A DNA stretch of 64,000 bases, from the NCBI GenBank assembly GCA_036787045.1, contig DAIQQA010000007.1, positions 1,870-65,869 on the forward strand, written 5' to 3'. The position numbers were made by a program, and so were the translations under genes. Origin of the DNA: Burkholderiales bacterium. Lineage in GTDB: Bacteria > Pseudomonadota > Gammaproteobacteria > Burkholderiales > SHXO01. The notes under the pieces are model-generated. The model saw only the letters and a list, made by a program, of their open reading frames with translations, was not told the origin of the DNA and ran no database searches. Positions 35,351 through 48,142 of this stretch are shown one piece after another. The number at the start of each line of letters is the position of its first letter. Within the stretch, counting starts at the first letter, position 1.

Positions 35351-36400
35351 ATGCGCATCGACTCGGAGCAGCTCGGCCAGCACCTCAGGCGCGCACTGAA
35401 GCCGCTGTACACGGTCTACGGTGACGAGACGCTGCTGGCGCTGGAGGCGGCCGACCGCATCCGCGCGCAGGCACGCGCAGCCGGGCACTCGGAGCGCGAA
35501 GTGCTGACAGTGGAGTCGGGATTCGACTGGTCGCTGCTGGCGATGAGCGGCAACAGCCTGTCCCTGTTCGGCACGCGCCGCATCCTCGAGCTGCGCATCC
35601 CCAATGGCAAGCCCGGCGCCGAGGGTGCCGAAGCCATCAAGCGGTTGGCCGCCGATCTGCCGCCGGACACGATTACGCTGGTCCTCTTGCCCAAGCTCGA
35701 CAAGGCTACGCTCGCAACCGCCTGGTTCGAGGCGCTGGATGCGGCAGGTGTCACCGTGGCAACGAACCCTGTGTCGCCCGCCCGCCTGCCCGAATGGCTG
35801 GCGGGCCGCCTTGAGCAGCAGGGCCAGCAGGCCGACCCGCAGACGCTGCAATTCCTGGCGGACATGGTCGAGGGCAACCTGCTCGCCGCGCAGCAGGAGG
35901 TGCACAAGCTCGCACTGCTGTTCCCGCCCGGAATGCTCACCCTGGAAGCAGTGGAGCCGGCGATCGCAGACGTGGCACGCTACGACGTGTTCAAGCTCGG
36001 CGAGGCGCTGCTGTCGGCGGATCGCGCGCGCTTCGTGCGCATGCTCGACGGGCTGAAGGGCGAAGGCGTGGCCCCGCCCCTGGTCCTGTGGGCGATCTCC
36101 GAGGAGATCCGGGCGCTGCTGAGGGTGTCCACCGCCGTATCGCAGCGGCGTCCCATGCAGGTTGCATTGCGCGAGGCGCGGGTCTGGGGTGCGCGCGCCG
36201 AGCTGCTGCCGCGGGCGCTGCAGCGTATGCAGGCCAGCGAGCTCGAGGACGCTCTGCTGGAGGCCGCGGCCGCTGACCGCATGAGCAAGGGTCTGGTGCG
36301 GGGCGACGTCTGGGACGCGCTGCTGCGCCTCGGGCTGCGTCTCATGCCGGCGCCCGCCGCGAGGCCCGCCAGAGGGAATCGCGGTAGAATCGCTCGATAG
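35351..36400 (+). CDS. holA: DNA polymerase III delta subunit
   Basis: 349 aa. HolA pattern ([50 protein letters not shown]). Confidence 0.85.
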   Translation: MRIDSEQLGQHLRRALKPLYTVYGDETLLALEAADRIRAQARAAGHSEREVLTVESGFDWSLLAMSGNSLSLFGTRRILELRIPNGKPGAEGAEAIKRLAADLPPDTITLVLLPKLDKATLATAWFEALDAAGVTVATNPVSPARLPEWLAGRLEQQGQQADPQTLQFLADMVEGNLLAAQQEVHKLALLFPPGMLTLEAVEPAIADVARYDVFKLGEALLSADRARFVRMLDGLKGEGVAPPLVLWAISEEIRALLRVSTAVSQRRPMQVALREARVWGARAELLPRALQRMQASELEDALLEAAAADRMSKGLVRGDVWDALLRLGLRLMPAPAARPARGNRGRIAR

Positions 36401-36417
36401 TCGGTCGCAATCCGCAC

Positions 36418-37674
36418 ATGGACATCCAATCCTACATGCATGGCGTCGGGCGCGAGGCACGCCGGGCCGCGCGCGAGATGGCGCGCGCGCAGACGCAGGC
36501 CAAGGACGCCGCATTGCTTTCGATGGCGGCAGCCATCGAGCGCGACGGCGCCCGGTTGCTCGACGCCAACCGCCAGGACGTCGATGCGGCGCGCGCCAAG
36601 GGCATCGAGGCGGCGATGCTCGACCGGCTGACCCTCACGCACAAGAGCGTCGCTGCCATGGCGGAGGGTTTGCGCCAGATCGCGCAGCTGCGCGACCCGG
36701 TAGGCGAGATCACCGATTTGGCCTATCGGCCAACCGGTATCCAGGTTGGACGCATGCGCGTGCCGCTCGGAGTCGTGGCCATCATCTACGAGGCACGCCC
36801 GAACGTCACCGCCGATGCCGCGGGCCTGTGCTTGAAGGCGGGCAACGCCGCCATCCTGCGCGGCGGATCCGAGGCGATCCGCTCCAACCAGGCCGTCGCG
36901 TCCTGCGTGCGCGAGGGGCTCGCCAGCGCCGGGCTGCCCGAGACCGCGGTGCAGGTCATCGAAACCACCGATCGAGCCGCAGTCGGCGAGCTGATCACCA
37001 TGAAGGACTACGTCGACATCATCGTCCCCCGCGGGGGCAAGGGTCTCATCGAGCGCGTGTCCAGCGAGGCGCGCATCCCCGTGCTCAAGCACCTGGACGG
37101 CGTCTGCCACGTCTACATCGACGACCGCGCGGACCCGGACAAGGCCGTCCGCATTGCCGACAACGCCAAGACGCAGCGCTACGGCACCTGCAACACCATG
37201 GAAACGCTGCTGGTGCATCGGGACATTGCCCCTGCGGTCCTGCCGTCGCTGGCGAAGATCTATGCGGAGAAGGGCGTGGAGCTGCGTGGGTGCGCCCGCT
37301 CACGCGAGATCGTGCCGCAGATGAAGGAAGCCACCGAAGAGGACTGGTTCACCGAGTACCTCGCGCCGATCCTGAGCGTACGGGTGGTGGACGGGCTGGA
37401 CCAGGCCATGGAGCACATCGCCACCTACGGCTCCCAGCACACCGACGCGATCGTCACCGAGGACTACACGCGCGCCCGCCGTTTCCTGCGCGAAGTGGAC
37501 TCCAGCTCGGTGCTGGTGAACGCCTCCACGCGCTTCGCCGACGGCTTCGAGTACGGCCTGGGCGCCGAGATCGGCATCTCCACCGACAAGCTGCACGCGC
37601 GCGGCCCGGTCGGGCTGGAAGGGCTCACCTCGCAGAAGTACATCGTGCTGGGCGACGGCCAAATCCGCTCGTAG
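36418..37674 (+). CDS. proA: Glutamate-5-semialdehyde dehydrogenase
   Basis: 418 aa. Full-length ProA pattern ([58 protein letters not shown]). Confidence 0.95.
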   Translation: MDIQSYMHGVGREARRAAREMARAQTQAKDAALLSMAAAIERDGARLLDANRQDVDAARAKGIEAAMLDRLTLTHKSVAAMAEGLRQIAQLRDPVGEITDLAYRPTGIQVGRMRVPLGVVAIIYEARPNVTADAAGLCLKAGNAAILRGGSEAIRSNQAVASCVREGLASAGLPETAVQVIETTDRAAVGELITMKDYVDIIVPRGGKGLIERVSSEARIPVLKHLDGVCHVYIDDRADPDKAVRIADNAKTQRYGTCNTMETLLVHRDIAPAVLPSLAKIYAEKGVELRGCARSREIVPQMKEATEEDWFTEYLAPILSVRVVDGLDQAMEHIATYGSQHTDAIVTEDYTRARRFLREVDSSSVLVNASTRFADGFEYGLGAEIGISTDKLHARGPVGLEGLTSQKYIVLGDGQIRS

Positions 37675-37727
37675 CCATACCCGCTCGCCGCGGGCAGGCA
37701 TGACAACCAGAACAAACAGATCGGGCC

Positions 37728-39500
37728 ATGAGCAACGTCATCGAGGTCAAGGTCCCCGACATCGGGGACTTCAAGGACATCCCCGTCATCGAGTTGCTGG
37801 TCAAACCCGGCGATCGTGTCGAAAAGGAAACGTCCCTGCTCACGCTGGAATCGGACAAGGCCACCATGGACGTGCCCTCGCCCGAGGCCGGACTGGTGCA
37901 GGAGCTCAAGGTGAAGGTCGGCGACAAGGTCTCCGAGGGCACGGTGATCCTGACGCTGGAGGCAGCGGGCGCAGGTGCGGCCGCACCTGCGCCCGCTGCT
38001 GAGGCCGCCGCCGTCAAGGTTGCGCCAGCAGCGCCCTCCACACCCCCGACCGCCCTGGCGCCCGCCCCTCAAGCCTCAGCCGTTGCCACCGGCGGCTTTC
38101 ATGCCGACGTCCTGGTACTGGGCTCCGGGCCCGGCGGCTACACCGCCGCGTTCCGCGCGGCCGATCTCGGCAAGAAGGTCGTGCTGGTCGAGCGCTACGC
38201 CACGCTCGGCGGCGTGTGTCTCAACGTCGGCTGCATCCCCTCAAAAGCGCTTCTGCACGCCGCCCGCGTCATCTCGGAAGCCGAGGAGATGTCGCACTTC
38301 GGCCTACAGTTCGGCAGCCCCAGCATCGATTTGGGCAAGCTGCGCGATTGGAAGGACAGTGTCGTCGCACGATCGACCAGGGGCCTGGCGGGACTCGCCA
38401 AGCAGCGCAAAGTGCAGGTCGTTACGGGCGTGGCCAAGTTCACCGGCCCGCATGCGGTCGAGGTCGAAACGGCAGACGGCAGGAAGAGTTTCTCCTTCGA
38501 CTACTGCATCATCGCCGCCGGCTCGCAGGCAGCCCGGATCCCCGGCTTTCCCTACGACGACCCGCGCCTGATGGACTCGACCAGCGCGCTGGAGCTCGCG
38601 GACATCCCCAAGCGCATGCTGGTTATCGGCGGCGGCATCATCGGCCTGGAGATGGCCACGGTGTACGACGCGTTGGGCTCGAGGATCACTGTAGTCGAGC
38701 TGCTCGACGGCCTGATTCCCGGGGCGGACCGGGACATCGTCAGGCCGCTGCACAAGCGCATCGAAAAGCATTACGAAGCCATCCTGCTCAAAACCAAGGT
38801 TACCCGCATCGAGGCGCTGCCGGAGGGGTTGCGCGCCACATTCGAGGGCGAAGGCGCCCCGGCTCCGCAAGTTTTCGACCGCATCCTGCTGTCGGTGGGG
38901 CGCCGCCCCAACGGCAAGGCGGTCAATGCCGAGGCCGCGGGGGTGCAGGTCAACGAGCGCGGGTTCATCCCTGTGAACAATCAGATGCGCACCAATGTGC
39001 CCCACATCTATGCCATCGGCGACATCGTCGGGGAGCCGATGCTGGCGCACAAGGCGACTCACGAAGGCAAGCTCGCTGCGGAGGTGATTGCCGGGCACAA
39101 GGCGGCGTTCGACGCACGCACCATCCCCTCGGTAGCCTACACCGATCCGGAGGTGGCATGGATGGGTCTCACCGAGACGATGGCGAAGGCCCAGGGCCTG
39201 GAGATCGAAAAAGGTGTGTTCCCGTGGGCCGCCAGCGGCCGGGCGCGCGCCACCGCGCGCGACGAGGGCATCACCAAGCTGCTGTTCGACAAGAGCACGC
39301 GCCGGCTGCTGGGTGCGGCCATGGTCGGCCCCAACGCCGGCGAGCTGATTGCCGAGACGGTGCTGGCGCTGGAGATGGGAGCAGAGGTGCAGGACATCGG
39401 ACTGACCATCCATCCGCATCCGACGTTGTCCGAGACGGTCTTCTTCGCGGCGGAGATCGCCGACGGCAGCATCACCGATCTGTACATGCCAAAGCGGTGA
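37728..39500 (+). CDS. lpdA: Dihydrolipoyl dehydrogenase (E3) with N-terminal lipoyl domain
   Basis: 590 aa. Lipoyl domain ([12 protein letters not shown]), Ala/Pro linker, FAD fold [17 protein letters not shown], redox disulfide [13 protein letters not shown], and C-terminal HPHPTLSE. Confidence 0.9.
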   Translation: MSNVIEVKVPDIGDFKDIPVIELLVKPGDRVEKETSLLTLESDKATMDVPSPEAGLVQELKVKVGDKVSEGTVILTLEAAGAGAAAPAPAAEAAAVKVAPAAPSTPPTALAPAPQASAVATGGFHADVLVLGSGPGGYTAAFRAADLGKKVVLVERYATLGGVCLNVGCIPSKALLHAARVISEAEEMSHFGLQFGSPSIDLGKLRDWKDSVVARSTRGLAGLAKQRKVQVVTGVAKFTGPHAVEVETADGRKSFSFDYCIIAAGSQAARIPGFPYDDPRLMDSTSALELADIPKRMLVIGGGIIGLEMATVYDALGSRITVVELLDGLIPGADRDIVRPLHKRIEKHYEAILLKTKVTRIEALPEGLRATFEGEGAPAPQVFDRILLSVGRRPNGKAVNAEAAGVQVNERGFIPVNNQMRTNVPHIYAIGDIVGEPMLAHKATHEGKLAAEVIAGHKAAFDARTIPSVAYTDPEVAWMGLTETMAKAQGLEIEKGVFPWAASGRARATARDEGITKLLFDKSTRRLLGAAMVGPNAGELIAETVLALEMGAEVQDIGLTIHPHPTLSETVFFAAEIADGSITDLYMPKR

Positions 39501-39544
39501 GACGCCGAGCCGCAGCGGACGCAGGAGGACGCGGGGAATCCGGC

Positions 39545-40387
39545 ATGGCAGATCTGTTCATCCCTCTGATCGTCCCGCCGGCATCGATCGCTGAGCCGGC
39601 CCTTTGGTTCGCGTTCCAGGGCAACCAGGTTTTGGTGCGTCGCGAGGAAACGCGCGCGCAGTTGCCGGTCGGTACCCATATTCGCGAGATCGGCGTCGAG
39701 CCGATCCGTGTCCAGTACATCGGCCAGTATGCCGGACAGCACTGCTTTTCGTGCGAGGTTGCCGCTGACGTGCCGGCGCCGGGAGGGCTGAGCTGGGCCG
39801 GGCTGCGCAGCCTGTTCGGCGCCATCGACGACAGGTTGTTCGCGGTGATCGGCCGGGCCATCCAGATCATGGATTGGGACCGCTCGCACCAGTTCTGCGG
39901 GCGCTGCGGCACTCCTACGGTGATGAAGACCGGGGAGCTCGCGCGGCAGTGCCCAGGTTGCGGGCAGACTCACTACCCGCGCATCGCACCCGCCGTGATG
40001 GCGCTGGTGCGCAGGGGCGACCGGCTCCTGCTGGCGCGCTCGCCGCACTTCCCGCCCGGCATGCATAGCGCGTTGGCCGGCTTCGTCGAGCCGGGCGAGA
40101 GCCTCGAGCAGTGCCTTCGCCGCGAGGTGCGGGAAGAGGTGGGCCTGGAAGTGACCGACCTGCGCTACTTCTCCAGCCAGCCCTGGCCCTTCCCGCATTC
40201 CCTGATGATCGCATTCACCTGCGAGTACGCAGGCGGCGAGATCGTGCCCGAGCCGGGCGAGATCGAGGCGGCGGCATGGTTCGACCTGGACAACCTGCCC
40301 GTGCTGCCCAACAGAATCAGCATTGCGCGCCGGCTGATCGACGCGACCATCGCACAGATCCGGTCCGAGAAGGCTGTGACCAACTAG
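39545..40387 (+). CDS. nudC: NAD(+) diphosphatase (NADH pyrophosphatase)
   Basis: Zinc ribbon CGRCG..CPGCG, Nudix box GFVEPGESLEQCLRREVREEVG, NudC signature SQPWPFPHS. ATG at 39545 lies within a longer spurious track ORF. Confidence 0.85.
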   Translation: MADLFIPLIVPPASIAEPALWFAFQGNQVLVRREETRAQLPVGTHIREIGVEPIRVQYIGQYAGQHCFSCEVAADVPAPGGLSWAGLRSLFGAIDDRLFAVIGRAIQIMDWDRSHQFCGRCGTPTVMKTGELARQCPGCGQTHYPRIAPAVMALVRRGDRLLLARSPHFPPGMHSALAGFVEPGESLEQCLRREVREEVGLEVTDLRYFSSQPWPFPHSLMIAFTCEYAGGEIVPEPGEIEAAAWFDLDNLPVLPNRISIARRLIDATIAQIRSEKAVTN

Positions 40388-40410
40388 CTCGCTTTCCTAC
40401 AGGAGGGGCC

Positions 40411-41031
40411 ATGCTCAAGATCTGGGGACGCAACAACTCGGTCAATGTCCAGAAGGTGCTGTGGTGCTGCGATGAAATGGGGGTGAAGTACGAGCGCATC
40501 GACGCGGGTGGGCAGTTCGGCGTGGTCAACACGCCGCAGTACCGGGCGCTCAACCCCAACGGGCTGGTCCCCACCATCGAGGACGGGCCCTTCGTCCTGT
40601 GGGAGTCCAACACCATCGTGCGCTACCTCACCGCGAAGCACAGCTCCGGCAAGCTGTGGCCGGAAGATCTGAAGATCCGGGGAGTGGCCGACAAGTGGAT
40701 GGACTTCATGCTCACCACGTTCTGGCCGGCCTTCCGGCCGCTGTTCTGGAACCTGGTGCGCACCCCGGTCGACCAGCGCAATGCAGAGGCGATGGAAGAG
40801 TCCCGCCTGAAGAGCGCCGAGGTGCTGGGCTATCTCGACGCGCACCTGAAGAACCGCACCTACGTTGCGGGCGACGACCTGACGATGGGCGACATTCCGA
40901 TGGGCTGTGCCGCCTGGCGCTGGTACGGGCTGCAGTTCGACCGGCCGGAGCTGCCCAACCTGCAGCGCTGGTTCGACAACCTCAGGCAGCGACCGGCCTA
41001 TCAGAACATCGTGCTCCTGCCGCTGACGTGA
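40411..41031 (+). CDS. Glutathione S-transferase
   Basis: 206 aa, ATG after AGGAGGGG. GST N-terminal fold (NPNGLVPTIEDGPFVLWESNTIVRYL) and a C-terminal helical domain. Confidence 0.85.
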   Translation: MLKIWGRNNSVNVQKVLWCCDEMGVKYERIDAGGQFGVVNTPQYRALNPNGLVPTIEDGPFVLWESNTIVRYLTAKHSSGKLWPEDLKIRGVADKWMDFMLTTFWPAFRPLFWNLVRTPVDQRNAEAMEESRLKSAEVLGYLDAHLKNRTYVAGDDLTMGDIPMGCAAWRWYGLQFDRPELPNLQRWFDNLRQRPAYQNIVLLPLT

Positions 41032-41108
41032 GTGCCAGGTGGCCGAGATGGAAAGGACTACCCATGCGTCGCTTGCCCAGTCCTGGTCTTGCATAGGATT
41101 GGATCGAG

Positions 41109-41522
41109 ATGCCACTGCGCATGGATTCGGTAAGGAAGGCATGGCTGACCGCCGGGTGGATCGGGATCGTGCTGGTCGTGTATCTATCCCTCACCCCGAC
41201 CCCGCCCGATTTGGACCTCGGCGCCCACACCGACAAGTGGGAGCACATGACCGCGTACGCGGTGCTCATGTGGTGGTTCTGCCAGCTGCGGACCTCGCTT
41301 CCCGACCGATTACAGACAGCCGCCTCGCTCGTTGCGCTCGGCATCGCCCTCGAGTTCGGCCAGCGGACCACGGGATTCCGCAGCTTCGAGGTCGCGGACA
41401 TGGTCGCAGGGAGCATGGGAGTGGCGTTGGGCTGGCTGCTCGCCCCCCCGCGGACGCCTGACCTGCTCGGCTGGTGCGAGCGTCGGCGGGCGCGGGCAGC
41501 GGAGGAGCCGGGCACGCGTTAA
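41109..41522 (+). CDS. VanZ-like membrane protein
   Basis: 137 aa, 3-4 TM segments, with the D-K-x-x-H motif (HTDKWEHMTAYAVL) and E-F-x-Q (ALEFGQ) typical of the VanZ family. Confidence 0.65.
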   Translation: MPLRMDSVRKAWLTAGWIGIVLVVYLSLTPTPPDLDLGAHTDKWEHMTAYAVLMWWFCQLRTSLPDRLQTAASLVALGIALEFGQRTTGFRSFEVADMVAGSMGVALGWLLAPPRTPDLLGWCERRRARAAEEPGTR

Positions 41523-42261
41523 CCGGGGCGGCACCGCCATCGCACTACGGCGTGCCGCGTCGTTGCAAGCCGAGGGGGGCCAGCGTCAAGCGGGAACCGC
41601 TTCGGCTAGCTAGGCTCCAGGGCATCTGCCCGGTGAGCCACGACCTGCATGACCGCATCTTCCCTGACTCCACGCCCGCCCTGGACTGCATAGTCTCGCG
41701 CCGCACCAGCCAGCAGCGCAGCACTCCCCTCCGCCCCCAGGCGGCAGGCGGCCGGAACCCTCTCCACAGCCTCCCTGCCTAAGGCGATATGAGGTTCCGC
41801 AGGTTTACGCCGGTCGCCTGGTCTGGCACAAGTGATGCTCGAAATCGATCGAGCGCGCGCTGTCGCGGCAGAATGTAAACGGAGGTCGAAATGAAAGACG
41901 ACACGCCCCATGGAAGTGTGTTCGGCGGCTACGGGTTCTTTTCGTACGCCGCGATGCGCAACCGCCCGTCCGCGGGCAACAATCCGCCGCCTTCCCCGCG
42001 ATCGTCCGGCCGCCCCGGCTTGCGTCTGCGCTTGTTGCAGCGCGGTGCCAGCGCACTGCTCGCTCGTTGGACCCGCAACTGATGACGTGTAAGACCTACA
42101 CCACTCCTGCGCTTAGCCTGCGCACAAGTGCGCGGGGCGAGACAGGCCGCGTGGTTCTGGGGGAAGTATCGGATCGCTGAACGGACCGATGCTGTCGCAG
42201 TGACCTGATCATGGTGCTCCGCGTTGCCATGATTTCGTTTCAGCCGAACCAATTGTCCAGC

Positions 42262-42307
42262 GTTTGCTTTGCGTTCCTCTGCGTCTCTGCGCCTCTGCGG
42301 TTACAGG
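42262..42307. repeat. Lone foldback-type arm (GCAGAGG subfamily)
   Basis: GTTTGCTTTGCGTTCCTCTGCGTCTCTGCGCCTCTGCGGTTACAGG. The reverse complement is CCTGTAACC-GCAGAGGC-GCAGAGAC-GCAGAGGAAC-GCAAAGCAAAC. No partner arm seen in the preceding ~700 bp. Confidence 0.7.
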
Positions 42308-42382
42308 GTGTTGCGCTAGATCAACGCCCATCCCGTCTACGCCCGCTAAGGTGCACCCTCGACGTCTCATCCGAGGTGCGCC

Positions 42383-43012
42383 ATGGTCGATCGTCGCCAA
42401 TTTATTGGCATGCTCCTGATTCCCGCCGCGCTCGCCAACGCGCGCGCGGCCCAGTCGATTCCGCTCCCGCCGCCACAGCTCGATGACCCGGCCCCGCTGA
42501 TGCAGGCGCTGAGAGCGCGGCGTTCGACCCGCGCGTTCGCTCAGCGCCCTCTGCCGGCGCAGGTGCTGTCCAGCCTCTTGTGGGCAACCCTCGGCGTCAA
42601 CCGCCCGGAGACCGGTGGGCGAACCGCGCCCTCGGCGCATAACCGGCAGGAGATCGATGTCTATGTGGCCCTCGCGGAAGGCGCGTATCTCTACGACGCC
42701 AAGGCCCATGCGCTGTCGCTCATAGTCGCCGAGGACCTACGCGCCCAGACGGGGATGCAAGACTTCGCCGGCAGCGCGCCCGTCAATCTGGTGTACGTGG
42801 CCGACCTCGGGAAGGTCGGCGCGGCCGGAGGCGAGTTCTATGCTGCCACCGACACCGGCTTCGTATCGCAGAATGCCTACCTCTACTGCGCGGCGGCCGG
42901 GCTGGCCACTGTCGTGCGCGGCTGGGTCGATCGCGACGCACTGGGCCGGTCGTTGAAGCTGCGGCGCGACCAGCGTGTGATGCTGGCTCAGACCGTGGGG
43001 TATCCGAGGTAG
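42383..43012 (+). CDS. Nitroreductase-family (SagB-type) protein with Tat-like signal
   Basis: 209 aa. N-terminus MVDRRQFIGMLLIPAALANARA. Nitroreductase-fold pattern (RRSTRAF, LSSLLWATLGVNRP, PSAHNRQEIDVYV). Confidence 0.7.
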   Translation: MVDRRQFIGMLLIPAALANARAAQSIPLPPPQLDDPAPLMQALRARRSTRAFAQRPLPAQVLSSLLWATLGVNRPETGGRTAPSAHNRQEIDVYVALAEGAYLYDAKAHALSLIVAEDLRAQTGMQDFAGSAPVNLVYVADLGKVGAAGGEFYAATDTGFVSQNAYLYCAAAGLATVVRGWVDRDALGRSLKLRRDQRVMLAQTVGYPR

Positions 43013-43057
43013 CCGCGCCTGTCGCCTGCGGCTTCCGCGGCGGGCGACAAAGCGGGG

Positions 43058-43399
43058 TCATCGCGCACCGGGCACCGGCAGCCCGTCCGCGCGCGCCTTG
43101 AAGTAGGCGTAGATCGCCGCTGCATTCTCCGCTACGCGCGGAACCGAGCGGTAGGCCGGCATCCCCCGCTCCGGGTTTCCATCCAGCAAGCCGCGCAGGA
43201 ACTCCTCACGCGTGCGGCTGCGGGCTGCCTCCACCAGCGACGGACCCACGCTGCCCTCGAAGTTTCCGCCGTGGCAACGCGCACAGTCGAACTGGCGGAT
43301 CGTGCGCCAGCCCGCCTCCATTGCATCGATGCTTTGGCCGTCCTGCGCGGCGCTCGATGCCATGGACACGACGAACGTTGCGACGGCAACAACGAGCAC
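43058..43399 (-). CDS. Monohaem c-type cytochrome (start uncertain)
   Basis: CxxCH haem motif CARCH with a distal Met in GMPAY, preceded by a hydrophobic leader. The long track ORF (to 43702) overlaps the neighbouring lipoprotein gene, so a GTG at 43399 is proposed. Confidence 0.6.
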   Translation of the reverse strand: MLVVAVATFVVSMASSAAQDGQSIDAMEAGWRTIRQFDCARCHGGNFEGSVGPSLVEAARSRTREEFLRGLLDGNPERGMPAYRSVPRVAENAAAIYAYFKARADGLPVPGAR

Positions 43400-43553
43400 G
43401 ACTCTACGTGCGATGGCGCTGCCGGCGTGGTCGGCCCAACGAGGTCCGCGCCGGGCCGATCGGCGGGCTTTCTTCTCCGCTGAGTCTTGTTCCGGCCCCA
43501 AGACGACAAGGCCCACCTCAGGGTGGGCCTGGCGCGCGCCGCGGACCAGGCGC

Positions 43554-44132
43554 TTACTGGCCTGCCGGCGTGAGGCCGAGCGAGGCGGCGATCTCCATCG
43601 CCTTGGCTTTGATGGCATTTCCAGCCTCGACTGCCCTAGCCAAGTCCTCGCCCGCCGCCGTCTTGGCCTCCTCGAACTGCTTGGCTGCCTCGTCGTATGC
43701 ACTTTGCAGCTCGGCGAGCTTTTCCTTGGTCATGTCTGCGGGCAGCTTCTTGGCCTGCGCCAGAATATCGAGCCGGCTTTTCAGCGCCTCCATCATCTGC
43801 GGTATGCCGGCCTGCAGCTCGTCCCAGCTTGCAGTCAACTCGGCCTTCTTGTCTGCCGCAGCCTTGGCCACTTCCTGCGCCTTGGCAGCCAGCCCGCCCG
43901 CCGCCTCCAGCGCCTGCTTGTATTCCTTTTTCGCGAACGCGTCCTGCGCCGCCTTGAGCTGCCCCTCGAGCTGAGCGAACTGTTCGCTGGCGAACTTCGA
44001 GGCGTCGCCACGGATCTGCTCGACGGCAGCGGCGCCCTGCTTGAGGGCTTCCTCGGCCGGACCCTTGTCGGGCGAGCACGCAACGAGTGCTATTGCGAGG
44101 GCGAGAACTGCGAGGTGCTTCCAGAGCTTCAT
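43554..44132 (-). CDS. Alpha-helical lipoprotein of unknown function
   Basis: 192 aa, lipobox LALVACS. Ala/Lys/Glu/Gln-rich helical sequence with codon usage typical of the genome. Confidence 0.6.
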   Translation of the reverse strand: MKLWKHLAVLALAIALVACSPDKGPAEEALKQGAAAVEQIRGDASKFASEQFAQLEGQLKAAQDAFAKKEYKQALEAAGGLAAKAQEVAKAAADKKAELTASWDELQAGIPQMMEALKSRLDILAQAKKLPADMTKEKLAELQSAYDEAAKQFEEAKTAAGEDLARAVEAGNAIKAKAMEIAASLGLTPAGQ

Positions 44133-44165
44133 GGGGTCTCCATTCGTGTGGGAAAAGCGCGTGGT

Positions 44166-44369
44166 TCAGGGAATGCGAAGCTTCTGACCGACCTTGATCA
44201 GGTCCGGGTCTTTCAGGATGTTCTTGTTCGCTTCGAAGATCTTCATGTACAGGCTGGCATCGCCGTAGTATTTCTTTGCGATCTTGGACAACGTATCGCC
44301 CGCCACAACCTCGTGCCATTGCTCGAACTTGTAGCCGGCGGGCGTTGCGGGCTTGTCATCCGTACTCAT
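44166..44369 (-). CDS. Small LysM domain protein
   Basis: 67 aa. LysM consensus HEVVAGDTLSKIAKKYYGDASLYMKIFEANKNILKDPDLIKVGQKLRIP. Confidence 0.8.
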   Translation of the reverse strand: MSTDDKPATPAGYKFEQWHEVVAGDTLSKIAKKYYGDASLYMKIFEANKNILKDPDLIKVGQKLRIP

Positions 44370-44470
44370 GGGTTCCTCCGGGATGGGTTGACGGGGCGCC
44401 TCCCCGTGAGCGGGCGCTTATTCTACAGACAGTTTCGTGGCCCGTGCCACCCCGGACGGGAGCGGCAGGT

Positions 44471-46525
<2,055 letters not shown>

Positions 46526-46634
46526 CGTTCCCCGTCGGGTTGGTCGTGTATGACGCGATTGTGCCTGAAGCCGGCTGCCCGCTCAAAGCCGGGCCGATGG
46601 GCCAACCGGCGCTTCGTCCGGTTGGAGCTGCCAG

Positions 46635-46961
46635 CTAGCGGATGACTTCGTCCACGGTACCTCCGCTCTTGCAGGTCATCGGCAACGCGACGAGACCAGG
46701 GCGCGCCTCCAGGGCCGGTTGGGGCGACAGGCTGAGCAACCGCGGCTCGCCGTCGGCGATCGCCCGCAGGGCCTCGCGCAGCAGCGTCGATCGGGTGCAA
46801 CCCCCACCAATCCAGCCGTGCACGTCACCGGATGCGGTCACCAGCGCAGTATCGCCGACGTGCGCCGAACTGGGTGGCTCCCTTCTGACTACGGTAGCCA
46901 GGGCGAACCCTTCCCCGCGCGCCGCAAGCCCGGAGGCGAGCTCCAGCAATTCAGGCCGCAT
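46635..46961 (-). CDS. XdhC/CoxI-family N-terminal-domain protein (short)
   Basis: 108 aa from the ATG at 46961. GEGFALATVVRREPPSSAHVGDTALVTASGDVHGWIGGGC is typical of the XdhC_CoxI N-terminal domain. No C-terminal Rossmann part. Confidence 0.65.
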   Translation of the reverse strand: MRPELLELASGLAARGEGFALATVVRREPPSSAHVGDTALVTASGDVHGWIGGGCTRSTLLREALRAIADGEPRLLSLSPQPALEARPGLVALPMTCKSGGTVDEVIR

Positions 46962-47269
46962 CGCCAGCTCCCAACCTGGATAACTCACGAGGGACTCGGG
47001 ATGATGGCGAGCCAAGTTCCAAGCCGGATACGAAGGGTGATTCCTCAAACCATCCGTGAGGCTATTCTAAGCGTTCTGCGACGGAATGCAGGACGCAGAC
47101 GGGATGAGAACGGGATAGCGGCCTGGCGCCGGCGACTTGCTGCCGGCCGGTCCGTTTCACGAGAATCGAGCTGATCTGGGCCAAGGTCCATCCTGTCCTT
47201 CGCTCAACCGGCTGCGCATCCCCTAGTCTAGAATGGGTTCTGGAGTTTGATTGGCAACGGGCGGCAACC

Positions 47270-48136
47270 GTGAATAGCAAAGACGATCGAACGCACGAGA
47301 GCACGAGCAACATCGTGCTGCTCGAGCACGTCAATGTCACCGTCCCAGACCAGCGCGTAGCCACGCTGTTCTACGTGTCGGGCCTCGGCTTCACGCGCGA
47401 CCCCTACCTGATGGTCGGCGTGGAGAACATGTGGATCAACATTGGCCGCAGCCAGATGCATCTGCCGACCAGCCGCCCGCAGCGGCTCAGGGGCACGATC
47501 GGCCTGGTAGTTCCGGATCTGTCGTTGCTCAAGGAACGCTTGCGGCGGGTCGCGCCGGATCTGGCTGCAACCGAGTTCGCCTTCGCCGACCACGGCACCT
47601 TCGTCGCCGTGACCTGCCCCTGGGGCAACCGCTTCCGCTGCCACGCACCCGCCGCGGAGTTCGGAAGCGCCGAGCTGGCAATGCCCTACGTCGAGCTCGA
47701 CGTCCCTGCCGGGACCGCGGCCGGGATTGCCCGCTTCTACTCGGCGATCCTGCGTGCGAACACAGAGGTCCTCACGCGGGCGGGGATGCCCGCGGCCTGC
47801 GTATATGCGGGTGAGCATCAGCGCCTGTGGTTCCGGGAGAACGCCGACGCGATTCCGCCCTACGACGGTCATCACGTCCAGATCTACATCGCCGATTTCG
47901 CGGGCCCCTACGGTCTCTTGCTGGAGCGCAAGCTCATCACACGGCAGCCCAATGAGCACGAGTGGCGCTTCCGGGACATCGTCGACCTCGACACCGGCCG
48001 GCTGCTGTTCACCATCGAGCACGAAGTACGCAGCCTCGACAATCCGCTCTACGCGCGGCCGCTGGCCAACCGCAACCCGGCGCAGACCAACGTCGCCTAC
48101 GTGCCGGGGCGGGATGCGTTCTCCGGGAGCTACTGA
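47270..48136 (+). CDS. Hypothetical protein, possibly VOC/glyoxalase-fold
   Basis: 288-aa ORF with genome-typical codon bias. LEHVNVTVPD and the two-module organisation hint at a vicinal-oxygen-chelate fold. Family not confidently recognised. Confidence 0.5.
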   Translation: MNSKDDRTHESTSNIVLLEHVNVTVPDQRVATLFYVSGLGFTRDPYLMVGVENMWINIGRSQMHLPTSRPQRLRGTIGLVVPDLSLLKERLRRVAPDLAATEFAFADHGTFVAVTCPWGNRFRCHAPAAEFGSAELAMPYVELDVPAGTAAGIARFYSAILRANTEVLTRAGMPAACVYAGEHQRLWFRENADAIPPYDGHHVQIYIADFAGPYGLLLERKLITRQPNEHEWRFRDIVDLDTGRLLFTIEHEVRSLDNPLYARPLANRNPAQTNVAYVPGRDAFSGSY

Positions 48137-48142
48137 TAAACG

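Noticed and set aside
34995-35351. 118-aa ORF ending at the holA start as lptE
   Set aside because: It has no lipoprotein signal or lipobox, an Arg/Ser/Ala-rich sequence unlike LptE, and weak codon bias.
41606-41911. 101-aa minus-strand ORF as a real gene
   Set aside because: Third-position G+C is only about 56 percent by my count, which looks low beside the confident genes. There is no recognisable family, start context or signal.
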